This document shows, piece by piece, positions 1 through 8,418 of a DNA stretch of 64,000 nucleotides (within the stretch, counting starts at the first letter, position 1; each line of letters begins with the position of its first letter). The position numbers and the translations under genes are program-made. The notes beneath the pieces were generated by a model. That model was not told the DNA's origin and did not search any database. It saw nothing but the letters and a program-made list of their open reading frames with translations. Source of the DNA: Dehalococcoidia bacterium (GTDB lineage Bacteria; Chloroflexota; Dehalococcoidia; SZUA-161; SpSt-899); contig JBLYPS010000001.1 of assembly GCA_048539495.1 (NCBI GenBank), forward strand, positions 11,235 through 75,234, written 5' to 3'.

Positions 1-263
1 CTCCACCTGATCTTGCCGGGGTCGCGTTCCGCCACCACTTTGATCCTCTTTCCATCGACGATCATGGCGTCATCAGTCGCTTCCACCGTGCCGGGATAAC
101 GCCCGTAGTTCGAGTCGTATTTCAGGAGGTGGGCATTGGTTTTGGTATCTGTGAGGTCATTGACCGCCACCACCTCCAGTTCCCCGGCGTGATAGTCGTT
201 GACGGCCTTGAGTACCTGTCGCCCGATTCGCCCGAAGCCATTGATGCCGATCCTGGTTACCAT
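1..263 (-). CDS. gap: Type I glyceraldehyde-3-phosphate dehydrogenase, 5' part (runs off the window)
   Basis: Manual translation from ATG at 263: MVTRIGINGFGRIGRQVLKAVNDYHAGELEVVAVNDLTDTKTNAHLLKYDSNYG; GGGAGG RBS upstream; absent from the ORF track. Confidence 0.95.
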   Translation of the reverse strand, partial: MVTRIGINGFGRIGRQVLKAVNDYHAGELEVVAVNDLTDTKTNAHLLKYDSNYGRYPGTVEATDDAMIVDGKRIKVVAERDPGKIRW

Positions 264-277
264 ATCGATTCCTCCCT

Positions 278-338
278 TAAGTTTTAAGTTCTAAGTTGTA
301 GGTTTTAAGCTTAGCATAACACTTAAAACCTACAACTT
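278..338. repeat. Heptamer-repeat hairpin element (TAAGTTT/AAACTTA type)
   Basis: aagttgtaggttttaag (293-309) is the exact reverse complement of cttaaaacctacaactt (322-338); 7-nt period. Confidence 0.85.
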
Positions 339-438
339 TTTTCCTGAGGGCATGCTCTATAATAACAGATTATCGCCGCCTGATGTCAAGTCCCTTGTCG
401 AACCGACAAGACCACGGAAAGCTATGAGGCGCGCCCCC

Positions 439-467
439 TTGACAAAACCCTGCAAACCTAATAGATT
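439..467 (+). promoter_or_regulatory. Putative sigma70 promoter for the epimerase gene
   Basis: TTGACA-17 nt-TAGATT. Confidence 0.45.
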
Positions 468-511
468 CAAGAAAGTATAGAGTTAGTATCTTGCAAAAAT
501 AGTTGCACTAT

Positions 512-646
512 GTCATTGCGAGGAGCGTAGCGGTTGCGAGGCGCAGCCGAAGCAAACTCGGAGCGGGATTCCTCGCTTACGCTCGGAACAAGCTCCGCAA
601 TCCCAAGCTAGGATGCAATAGATTGCTTCGCTTCGCTCGCAATGAC
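512..646. repeat. REP/RPE-like palindromic miniature element (GTCATTGCGAG...CTCGCAATGAC) with an internal second palindrome
   Basis: 11-bp terminal inverted repeat, internal gaagca/tgcttc arms and cgcttcgctc mini-hairpin. Confidence 0.8.
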
Positions 647-681
647 GGGAAAAACTGTGCACTGATTTATAAGGAGATAAC

Positions 682-1617
682 ATGAAAATCCTGGTTACCG
701 GTGGGGCAGGATTTATTGGTTCGCACATAGTCGATGCCTTAATTGAGAGGGGTCACCAAGTAGTGGTGATAGATAACCTGGCCACCGGCTCGCTGGAGAA
801 CATCAATCCCAGCGCCACATTCTACAAGATGAGCATCTGTGATTCCGGGCTTGCCAGCATCTTTGAGCGGGAGAAACCGCAGATCGTCAGCCACCAGGCC
901 GCTCAGATGGTCATCACCAGGTCGGTAGCTGAACCCATCTTTGATGCCCAGGAGAACATCCTGGGCAGCCTTAATGTTATTCTCAACTGCGCCCGCTTTG
1001 GCGTAAGGAGGATTATCTATGCCTCCTCCGGCGGAGCAATTTACGGAGAGCCGGACCACCTGCCGGTTAACGAGACACATCCCATAAATCCGCTCTCACA
1101 ATATGGGATTTCCAAGCACACTGTGGAGCATTATCTGCACCTTTATGGTATTCAACACCGGCTGAACTACGTGGTGCTGCGATATCCTAACGTTTACGGT
1201 CCGCGACAGAACCCTAACGGGGAAGCCGGGGTGGTGGCTATCTTCGCCGGCCAGATGCTCCGGGGAGAGCAGCCGACCATCTTCGGTTCCGGGGATAAGA
1301 CCCGGGATTACACCCATGTATTTGATGTGGTGGCAGCCAACCTGCTGGCAATGGAGCGCGAGAACGACGGCATCTACAATATCGGCACCGGGGTGGAGAC
1401 CTCTGACAAAGAGCTCTTTGACACCCTGGCCAGGGTGCTGGGCTATTCCGGGAATCCCCGTTATGCGCCGGTTCGGGCTGGGGAGGTTTACCGTATCTGC
1501 CTCGATGCCACAAGGGCGCAAAAGGAGCTGGGCTGGCAGGCACGGCTCTCTCTCGAAAAAGGACTCCTCGAGACGGTCAGCTATTATGAGGAACGTTTGA
1601 AAGTGATTAGTGATTAG
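682..1617 (+). CDS. NAD-dependent epimerase/dehydratase (UDP-glucose 4-epimerase family)
   Basis: GGAGFIGS Rossmann motif, YGISK (YxxxK), RYPNVYGP; AAGGAG RBS; stop codon lies within the downstream repeat. Confidence 0.93.
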   Translation: MKILVTGGAGFIGSHIVDALIERGHQVVVIDNLATGSLENINPSATFYKMSICDSGLASIFEREKPQIVSHQAAQMVITRSVAEPIFDAQENILGSLNVILNCARFGVRRIIYASSGGAIYGEPDHLPVNETHPINPLSQYGISKHTVEHYLHLYGIQHRLNYVVLRYPNVYGPRQNPNGEAGVVAIFAGQMLRGEQPTIFGSGDKTRDYTHVFDVVAANLLAMERENDGIYNIGTGVETSDKELFDTLARVLGYSGNPRYAPVRAGEVYRICLDATRAQKELGWQARLSLEKGLLETVSYYEERLKVISD

Positions 1618-1663
1618 TGATTGGGGGCTGGGACAGACCACTAATTACCAATCACCAGTCACC
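1603..1663. repeat. Heptamer hairpin element (GTGATTA/TAATCAC type) overlapping the epimerase stop
   Basis: gtgattagtgattagtgatt - gggggctggg - actaattaccaatcaccagtcacc. Confidence 0.85.
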
Positions 1664-1708
1664 ATTCGGGGGATGATATCACCCCAGCCAATTCTGCGAA
1701 GCTATAAT

Positions 1709-1781
1709 CCCAAATAATGCATGATGTATCTAAATGACTGCAAAAAATGACACGAAAACGAAGCTACGTGCATAATTTGGG
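1709..1781. mobile_element. 73-bp MITE with 13-bp TIRs and 5-bp target duplication ATAAT
   Basis: cccaaataatgca / tgcataatttggg (12/13 match) flanked by ataat on both sides; the paralogous site at about 2530-2560 lacks the insert. Confidence 0.7.
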
Positions 1782-1938
1782 ATAATTCCCCAAAATAGCG
1801 GGGGAGGCAGCAAAAGACAAGCCTTGACCCCTGTTCGTGAGGCACTAAAAACTATTCTATGGTGGGGGTGGGAAGAAAGAGGAAAGTTTGTTATAATAGG
1901 AATAATAACTCCAACTATCCCGGGAGGTAATACTGGCT

Positions 1939-2157
1939 GTGGTAAGAAGCTATACTGCAAAATACAGAAAAATAAGCTCCGGTTATATGGGACAACTTGT
2001 TGAATGGCCTGAGGTAATTACCGAGGGGAAAACAATAGAGGAATGCAGAGAGATGCTTAGGGATGCCCTGCGAGAGATGATATTAGCCTATAAGCAGCAG
2101 GAGAAAGAAATCCCTCTCGGGGGAGACCTCCTGGAGCAAATGCTCGTAGAGGCATAA
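1939..2157 (+). CDS. hicB: HicB-family antitoxin (short form)
   Basis: YxGQLVEWPEVITEGKTIEECREMLRDAL pattern; GGAGG RBS. Confidence 0.85.
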   Translation: MVRSYTAKYRKISSGYMGQLVEWPEVITEGKTIEECREMLRDALREMILAYKQQEKEIPLGGDLLEQMLVEA

Positions 2158-2158
2158 A

Positions 2159-2347
2159 TTGTCGGTTAAGCGTCGAGATTTAGTGAAATACCTTGAGGAG
2201 AATAGATTCTATCTATTGCGTGAGGGTAGCAAGCACTCTATCTATACCAATGAGATTAAGACGATACCAATTAAAAGACACCGTACGCTTGATAGGATAA
2301 CTGCCAATGAATTGTGCAAGCAAGCTGGGCTTGCTCCTAAGTTCTAG
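2159..2347 (+). CDS. hicA: HicA-family toxin (mRNA interferase)
   Basis: LLREGSKHSIY...IPIKRH...ICK/LCKQAGL HicA pattern; directly after hicB. Confidence 0.85.
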   Translation: MSVKRRDLVKYLEENRFYLLREGSKHSIYTNEIKTIPIKRHRTLDRITANELCKQAGLAPKF

Positions 2348-2439
2348 ATGGAAAAAGCAAGGGTGAACGATGAAGATGAAAGGGAAAGTAAACCAAGCTC
2401 TCGTTGCCAAGCAGTAGGCCCCCCATACCGGTTTTCCTA

Positions 2440-2615
2440 GACCATCAGCCCTTGCTCCTCGCCGATGAACCGCCGGTAGGCGAGCTACGCCTTCCTGGGA
2501 TTACCCCCGAACTGATCGAGGAGCCACTCTGCGAAGCTATAATTGTCCTAAAATAGCGGGAAAGGCAGCAAAAGACAAGCTCTGACCCCTGGTCCCTGGT
2601 CTGACCCCTGTTCCC
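2440..2615 (-). pseudogene. Remnant of a REP-associated tyrosine transposase (RAYT)-like element: short coding fragment plus TCTGACCCC end motif
   Basis: Minus-strand frame EWLLDQFGGNPRKA*LAYRRFIGEEQG recalls RAYT C-terminal regions; gacaagc..tgacccctg motif also at about 1815-1836. Confidence 0.45.
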
Positions 2616-2618
2616 GAG

Positions 2619-3537
2619 TTGATCACCGCTGAGTCGGTCAGGGCATTGCTTCCTTTGCGCCCACTCGACGCTAACAAGGGAACTTTCGGGCGATTGCTGG
2701 TGGTGGCCGGCTCCATCAACTACATCGGTGCGGCATACCTCGCCTGTGAGGGAGCAATGCGGGTAGGGACGGGGCTGGTCACCCTGGCCACTGCAAAGAG
2801 TCTTCATCCAATTCTGTCTGGCAGGCTCATCGAGGTAACCTATATCCCTCTGCCGGAGAGCGAGCCCGGTGTCATTAAGAGGGAGGCCGCGCCAGTAATT
2901 CGGGAGCAGCTTCCTGACTATGACGCCATGCTTCTCGGATGTGGATTGGGACAGGATCCGGAGACGGCACGATTTCTCAGAGAACTCCTCTTCGACGGTC
3001 AGCACAGCAGTCGGCAGTCGGCAGTCGACAGTCCGGGGGGCGGGGGACTATCGACTATCGACTGATATGATCATCGATGCCGATGGTTTGAATATACTGG
3101 CGCGAATCCCGCAGTGGTGGCAGATGCTGCAGGGCAAAGCGGTGCTCACCCCCCATCCCGGAGAGATGTCGCGGCTCACCGGAGACCCTGTAGCTGAGAT
3201 ACAAAAAGGACGTTTAGAGACTGCCCTGAAGGCTGCTGCGGAATGGAAGCAGACGGTGGTGCTCAAGGGAGCCTATACGGTGCTGGCCTCATCCGAAGGT
3301 CAGGGCAGGATATGCGGGACGGCCAACCCCGGGCTCGCTTCGGCGGGAACCGGGGATGTCCTCTCGGGGGTTATCGCCGGGCTGATGGCCCAGGGGCTTT
3401 CGCCCTTTGATGCCGCCAGTTGCGGCGTCTATCTTCATGCCATGGCAGGAGAGTTGGTAAAAGCGGAGATTGGCGATACCGGCATGGTTGCCAGCGATCT
3501 CCTGCCCAGGTTGCCGCTGGTGATAAAAAGGACCTGA
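2619..3537 (+). pseudogene. nnrD: NAD(P)H-hydrate dehydratase (YjeF C-terminal domain), apparently 5'-truncated and frameshifted at a heptamer hairpin
   Basis: RPLDANKGTFG..VVAGS..YIGAA..GCGLG in frame A (2619-3065); IIDADGLN..LTPHPGEM..VLKGA..LASAGTGDVLSG in frame A+1 (to 3537). Confidence 0.85.
3003..3064. repeat. Heptamer hairpin element (CAGTCGG/GACTATC type) inside nnrD
   Basis: cagtcggcagtcggcagtcgacagtc - ggggggcggggg - actatcgactatcgactg. Confidence 0.9.
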
Positions 3538-3565
3538 GCCTTCTAACCTTGTCTTGCTTTTTTCT

Positions 3566-3898
3566 TCATCCACCGCCGCAAGTTTGCAGTGAGACGATTG
3601 CCACGTGTCTCGAGTGTTGTAGTCTTCGCCTCGGGAGGTAGACCGAGCCATGCCCTCTGCCCAGGTCTTCTGCATGGAGTCGTTTCACGCGATCCTTCAT
3701 CCCCTTGCCATCGCGCGCCTCTTCTTTTGTCAGGACGGTCGGCAGTCGTTCAGGCTGTTTAGCGCGCACGGCGTCAATGGGGCCTTCCAGGTCTTGCTTA
3801 AGCACCTGGCGCTAGAGGAACAGGAGAGCGCTAAGGGCCTGGTTTTACGTCGAGGCGGTAACGTTTTGACCGACAGCCGGATGGGTGAGAAAGGCCTT
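3566..3898 (-). pseudogene. intI: Integron integrase remnant with stops and internal deletions
   Basis: AFLTHPAVGQNVTAST*NQALSALLFL*RQVL, RAKQPERLPTVLTKEE, RDGKGMKDR and the IntI-specific LHAEDLGRGHGSVYLP segment. Confidence 0.85.
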
Positions 3899-4031
3899 TC
3901 TGAAAAGTTGTCGGGGACTGGGACTTGATGTATACTATAATAACAACAGCAGGGCCTGGGGAGCTTTCCACGAGGTGCTTCTCCAGTGGTATTATATGGA
4001 ATCTTTCCGTATAATGCAATCTCACAAAGAG

Positions 4032-4038
4032 GTTAGAT
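4032..4038 (+). other. Putative attI core site (GTTRRRY)
   Basis: GTTAGAT between the divergent intI remnant and the first cassette ORF. Confidence 0.5.
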
Positions 4039-4080
4039 GGAAAGTTTCGGCCTGGTAATTGTTCGGCTCACCAGAATCGT

Positions 4081-4554
4081 ATGAAACGTATGCTCTACAG
4101 AATGGAGCTGTGCAACGATGACGAGGGATATACGCTTCCCTGTTCGGTGGAGATCCGCCGTTATTGTGCGAAGAGGGATCACGAAGCGATCCGTTCTGTG
4201 TATGGCCGTTCTTTCGGAGAACCCCCGTGGCCTTTGGACTGGGATAGATTTGATGAGTTCGACGCCAACGGCGCTTTCATCGCAGAGGATGTAGGAACCG
4301 CGGAAGTTATTGGCTACGTTCTGAGTTTTCGCCGGCGTGACTATGGGTACATCAGCGTGGTGGCAGTTGTGCCCGAGTACCATCGGCAGGGGGTCGGCTT
4401 TGCACTTGTGGGGACTGCTATCCGTTACCTGCGTGGGCTCAGTTTGCGCACGATTAGGATCGATGTCTACGTGGACGCCACGCCGGCAGTGAACCTGTAT
4501 CGGAAGGTTGGTTTTCGGGTCGAGACAACCTTCGAAGACGAAGAGGACGAATAG
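4081..4554 (+). CDS. GNAT-family N-acetyltransferase, integron gene cassette
   Basis: VAVVPEYHRQGVGFAL acetyl-CoA motif, AVNLYRKVGF; followed by attC. Confidence 0.85.
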   Translation: MKRMLYRMELCNDDEGYTLPCSVEIRRYCAKRDHEAIRSVYGRSFGEPPWPLDWDRFDEFDANGAFIAEDVGTAEVIGYVLSFRRRDYGYISVVAVVPEYHRQGVGFALVGTAIRYLRGLSLRTIRIDVYVDATPAVNLYRKVGFRVETTFEDEEDE

Positions 4555-4566
4555 GAGAGACCGGGA

Positions 4567-4639
4567 GCCGAACAATGGCATGCAGGCTGACCGCCTTTCC
4601 ACTGCGCTCCAAGGCGGGAGCTGATGCCCAGCATTAGGC
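4567..4639 (+). other. attC site with a mutated R' box
   Basis: GCCGAAC ... ggcat(g)cag / ctgatgcc stem with extrahelical G ... ATTAGGC instead of GTTAGGC. Confidence 0.8.
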
Positions 4640-4656
4640 CCACAATAAACGGAATA

Positions 4657-4998
4657 TGAACATGCAAAGAATTAATCTTGAAGAAGTTCGGCAAGGCTTC
4701 CAAGGTAGACCATTCTGTAAACTGGTGAAACACCACCTAGCTTATCCGAAACAAGACGTTCGCGTTTGTTGGTATTCAAGGAACCGTTGAAATGCTTCCA
4801 GAAAAAGCAAAGCCGCTCGTAGAACCATTTATCGACCGTTGGAACGCAAGAGCTTATGAGAAAGACTTCTGGCAAATGGACACCGCAATCGTTTTCGATG
4901 AGATAATTGGCGATGCCAGAAGTGTTCTTTCAGAATCCGGAATTGCATTTGATGACGAAACTCTATTCAACATGTTCAATATCATCGTGCTTAGTTAG
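4657..4998 (+). pseudogene. Second cassette gene, hypothetical, frameshifted and cut by an IS end
   Basis: Low-GC reading frame starts just after attC (MNMQRINLEEV...) and continues in another frame (MLPEKAKPLV...); no attC follows. Confidence 0.5.
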
Positions 4999-5194
4999 AT
5001 TCTGGTGCGGAACTTTTAGTCCTCTGGCATCGTCTATTATAGTAGCAGATAGATGTGGGAGGCGAAAGATGTTACGAGACCGGTATGAACCAATGGACAT
5101 TTTTCAAATTGTGTCAGGACTCACCCTGGCCATGGAGCCAGAGCTAGCACAGCTTGACAGATTGCTAGAAGATGACACATTATTTCAAAAGTAA
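4999..5194 (+). mobile_element. IS left end with transposase N-terminal fragment (IS5/ISNCY-like)
   Basis: GGAGG RBS, ATG at 5069: MLRDRYEPMDIFQIVSGLTLAMEPELAQLDRLLEDDTLFQK*; family assigned from memory. Confidence 0.5.
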
Positions 5195-5274
5195 TCTCTC
5201 TCAAAATTCTAACCTTCCCTGTGCTCAGCTTATTTCTTAAATCTTATTCCTATTAATGTTTAATGTAATGTTGC

Positions 5275-5545
5275 AAGGGGCGCCCAAGAGGGGCGTCAGC
5301 TCCTCTTTTTTTGTTTTCTCCCAGCCTCCGCCACTCCCCCTGCGTCTCTTTTCCCACCCACCCGTCCTCGTGGCGTCCTCTGCTTATCCCTTATTTGTGA
5401 TCTATCCCCCTGACCCCCTTCCCTTGGTGAAGGGAAGGAGATAATTTTTAAGAGGGGCGCAAGCCCCTCTTAAACTCCCTACGCCTTTAAGAGTCTCCAT
5501 AAATCCCTCGCGAAAGCGCTTACTTATCTCCCCTACCTTTACTAA
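5275..5545. repeat. Composite palindromic repeats (AGAGGGGCG..GCCCCTCT; CCCCTTCCC..GGGAAGG) overlapping the endonuclease 3' end
   Basis: aagaggggcgcaagcccctctt, ccccttcccttggtgaagggaagg, and a second aagaggggcgtcagctcctctt. Confidence 0.6.
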
Positions 5546-6292
5546 CTCTATATCCAATCCTCGCCCTGACCTTGCCCTCGCTACCTCCTTGGATGAATGC
5601 AAGTTATACTTGGAGAAGTAGTACAGAACGCTTCTTTCCGCGATGTCCTTCATGATCTCCGCCATTTCATCGATAGACCACCTGCATTCACGGAAGTAGA
5701 AGTTGCCTCGGTTGAACTTCCCACCTTCTTCGTTGTACAAGTACGTATGATTGAGCTTCCCAAACAGGGCAACTGTCGCCACCCGGTCAAGGATTGACGA
5801 ATCGTCGGCAAAGTCGCATCCGTAGCCGAAGCACACGAAGGGAAAGATGGCTTCCCTAAGCAACGCTGTGCGCAACCCGATAACATTCTTACCTAACCGC
5901 TCAATGGCATTCCCTTTGGCTTGCTTCGGTAAGCCCTCTTTTATGCGGAGTACATTCGTGCCTTGGTTCTTCACCTCGGCAATGAGGATGGGGTAAGACA
6001 TAGGATTGCCCGGTTCCCCCTTCAAGAAGAGAATGCCACCGTCGGGGCGGATTGAACTGCTGTCGAAATAATAGTGAAACTCAATGTCCGGATAGGTGTG
6101 TTTGAGCTCTTGGACAATATCCTTCAATGGCCATTCCTTTCGGTGCGTGAGGGTTATCGCAGCGTTGAACTTGCATTCAAGGTGATTGACCACGCGCCCA
6201 AGAGCCTGGATAATGTCGCTCTCCTGCTTCTTCGATGTCACGTTAATGACTGTTCCTGTTCTAATCTGTCTCAGTTGGCCTTTCTTCGCCAT
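5402..6292 (-). CDS. EcoRI-family type II restriction endonuclease with repeat-derived C-terminal tail
   Basis: SSIRPDGGIL, ILIAEVKNQG (PD..ExK), GNAIERLGKN and FPFVCF mirror R.EcoRI motifs; likely start MAKKGQ at 6292. Confidence 0.85.
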   Translation of the reverse strand: MAKKGQLRQIRTGTVINVTSKKQESDIIQALGRVVNHLECKFNAAITLTHRKEWPLKDIVQELKHTYPDIEFHYYFDSSSIRPDGGILFLKGEPGNPMSYPILIAEVKNQGTNVLRIKEGLPKQAKGNAIERLGKNVIGLRTALLREAIFPFVCFGYGCDFADDSSILDRVATVALFGKLNHTYLYNEEGGKFNRGNFYFRECRWSIDEMAEIMKDIAERSVLYYFSKYNLHSSKEVARARSGRGLDIELVKVGEISKRFREGFMETLKGVGSLRGACAPLKNYLLPFTKGRGSGG

Positions 6293-7610
6293 AGACTGTC
6301 CTCCCCTCGAAAAGCATGAGCTGGTGTTGTCTAGCACTGACATACTCCGGGTGTCTTGAAAGCACGCTAGCCTCTTTTTCCTCAATAGAACTCTGCAATT
6401 CGTCCATAGAGACTTTGCACAGACTCTGAGTGTCTAGCACTAGAACAAACTCAATGTTTAGAGGCTTCTTGGAGAACCTCTGTGAGCTGACCCGATACCG
6501 TTTGTACCCGCGCATGAATACTTTCACATTCCCTCCCTCGATGTTTGCGCGGAGCATGTTCGGCAGAGGAATCACGCCCTCCGTGCTGTAACTTGTCAGG
6601 ATATATCGGCACTTTAGAGACGCCAGCAATTTCCTGTATGCCCGCGTTGCCTCATCTTGGTAATTGTATGCGCTACGCCGTTCTGTGCGCCAATCAAGGC
6701 GGATTGCGGATTTGGTGCCTCGCGTGATGGTCTTGGGGAATGGGGGCTTATCCCAAAGAGAGATGCTATTCAAGACATGGTAGTTGCTACCATAGGGATG
6801 TTGATTGTATGGAGGATCCAGATATACAAGGTGCACATTGTCACCATTGAGGGATTCTGCCACATCCTGCGCGTCTGCACACATGACGACGTTTTCGAGG
6901 CTATTGTCAAAGAAGAGCGCCGGCGACAACCGCAGGTCAGAGGCGATTCGGTACAAAGCTGTCGCAGTCTGCCCTCCCCATTCCTTGTGAAATCCCTTAA
7001 AGACTCCACTTGTATTGCTGGTGTACGATGCTTGGTAAAGGAGTGGCGCTAATAGGCAAGCCTCCTCTTCCGCATCAATCAAATTGTTCTGTCTCCACTG
7101 TTGGATTTGGTTACGAATCGCGTCAATCCTCATGCCGTTCTTCCGCATATAAAACATGCGGTCGATCTTCACATCATAATTTCGGTCGTCTCTTGGGCAA
7201 AGATGATCCGTCACCCAGTCCGCTATTGGCGGGAGTGAGTTCAACCTCTTTATGGCTTCATCATATCCGCCAAGGCGAGAGAACACCGGCGTCTCGTTAC
7301 ACTGGATATAACAAGTGTTCACGGGGACTGTGAAGGGCTCCCAATCATTGGCAATCACCCTAAAACCCTGTCGTTTGAGGAATCGGGAGACAACACCAGC
7401 CCCGGCGAAAATGTCCACGATACAGCACCCTCTCTCAGGCTGTGTTGAAAGCACAGCTTCCCAAATCAAATCAAGCAGCTTGCGCTTGTTGCCAATATAT
7501 GGGATTAGCTGGTTGAATACGTACGCATCGGTTTTGGCTGCCGCGTGCCTCTTCCTGTCGTATGCTAGCTCTTTATCCAGTAGCATGGAAGTTTGTGTTG
7601 TCTCAACCAT
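6261..7610 (-). CDS. N6-adenine DNA methyltransferase (D12/alpha class)
   Basis: YIGNKRKLL, DIFAGAGVVS motif I before YLDPPY motif IV; overlaps the endonuclease. Confidence 0.92.
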   Translation of the reverse strand: MVETTQTSMLLDKELAYDRKRHAAAKTDAYVFNQLIPYIGNKRKLLDLIWEAVLSTQPERGCCIVDIFAGAGVVSRFLKRQGFRVIANDWEPFTVPVNTCYIQCNETPVFSRLGGYDEAIKRLNSLPPIADWVTDHLCPRDDRNYDVKIDRMFYMRKNGMRIDAIRNQIQQWRQNNLIDAEEEACLLAPLLYQASYTSNTSGVFKGFHKEWGGQTATALYRIASDLRLSPALFFDNSLENVVMCADAQDVAESLNGDNVHLVYLDPPYNQHPYGSNYHVLNSISLWDKPPFPKTITRGTKSAIRLDWRTERRSAYNYQDEATRAYRKLLASLKCRYILTSYSTEGVIPLPNMLRANIEGGNVKVFMRGYKRYRVSSQRFSKKPLNIEFVLVLDTQSLCKVSMDELQSSIEEKEASVLSRHPEYVSARQHQLMLFEGRTVYGEERPTETD

Positions 7611-7680
7611 CGCTTCTCACGCACCGCTCTATTTTCCCTTTGATCGTATCCATATAGACTTTCTCTCTCTGACCACTCCC

Positions 7681-8418
7681 CTAAAACAACGGGAAAAAAT
7701 TCATCCGGATGAAGGCAAAGTTTTGTGCCACCTTATCCTTGCCCCGTATGATGTCCCCGTAGCCGGTGCTATGTCCGGGGAGCAAGTATTCCACATCCAG
7801 TTCCGATAACTTCTCTATGCTTTGCTTGAGCATCCTGCTATCGCCTCGGGGGAAGTCTGTCCTCCCGACGCTACCGTTGAAGATCAAATCGCCGGTTATA
7901 AGAGCCTTATTCTCGGGCGCGTAGATGCTTATCGACCCCGGGGAATGGCCTGGCGTATGGATTATTTGCAGAGTCAACTTCTTGTCCCCTTGGCCTAGAT
8001 TGAGTTCTCCCTCCTGAAGATAGAAGTCGGGCTCGAACTCCACGGTGAGCCCCAGCATACGAGACATCTGTTCTGCGATTGTCCGGCGATACTCATCCTC
8101 GATTCTGTCAATGGCAATCAGGGCTTGACCTCCATCGGGTTCAGAATTCATCCGAGCCAGAGCCTGGTTTGCCTCGCAGTGGTCCGGATGAGAATGAGTG
8201 TTGATTATCAGCCCTATCCCCCCTGGGGCGATGTCATCCCGCAGCATGGAGGAGGTGAGCTTCTCCAGACATTTCTCGTGCAGCTCATTGACCACATGCC
8301 CGGGGTCTATGAGTACATGAGGCCGCTTTCCCCGCAGGGCATCGCTGAAGAGATAGCTATGACAGTTGTTCCCCCTCCCCCTCCAAAGATAAGCGTATAT
8401 ATTATCGACAAGTCTCAT
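7681..8418 (-). CDS. Metallo-beta-lactamase-fold hydrolase
   Basis: THSHPDH, HTPGHSPGS, TGDLIF, LLPGH motifs. Confidence 0.9.
   Translation of the reverse strand: MRLVDNIYAYLWRGRGNNCHSYLFSDALRGKRPHVLIDPGHVVNELHEKCLEKLTSSMLRDDIAPGGIGLIINTHSHPDHCEANQALARMNSEPDGGQALIAIDRIEDEYRRTIAEQMSRMLGLTVEFEPDFYLQEGELNLGQGDKKLTLQIIHTPGHSPGSISIYAPENKALITGDLIFNGSVGRTDFPRGDSRMLKQSIEKLSELDVEYLLPGHSTGYGDIIRGKDKVAQNFAFIRMNFFPLF

Noticed and set aside
503-728. ORFs 503-685 and 513-728
   Set aside because: Translations of a palindromic repeat with no protein-like signal.
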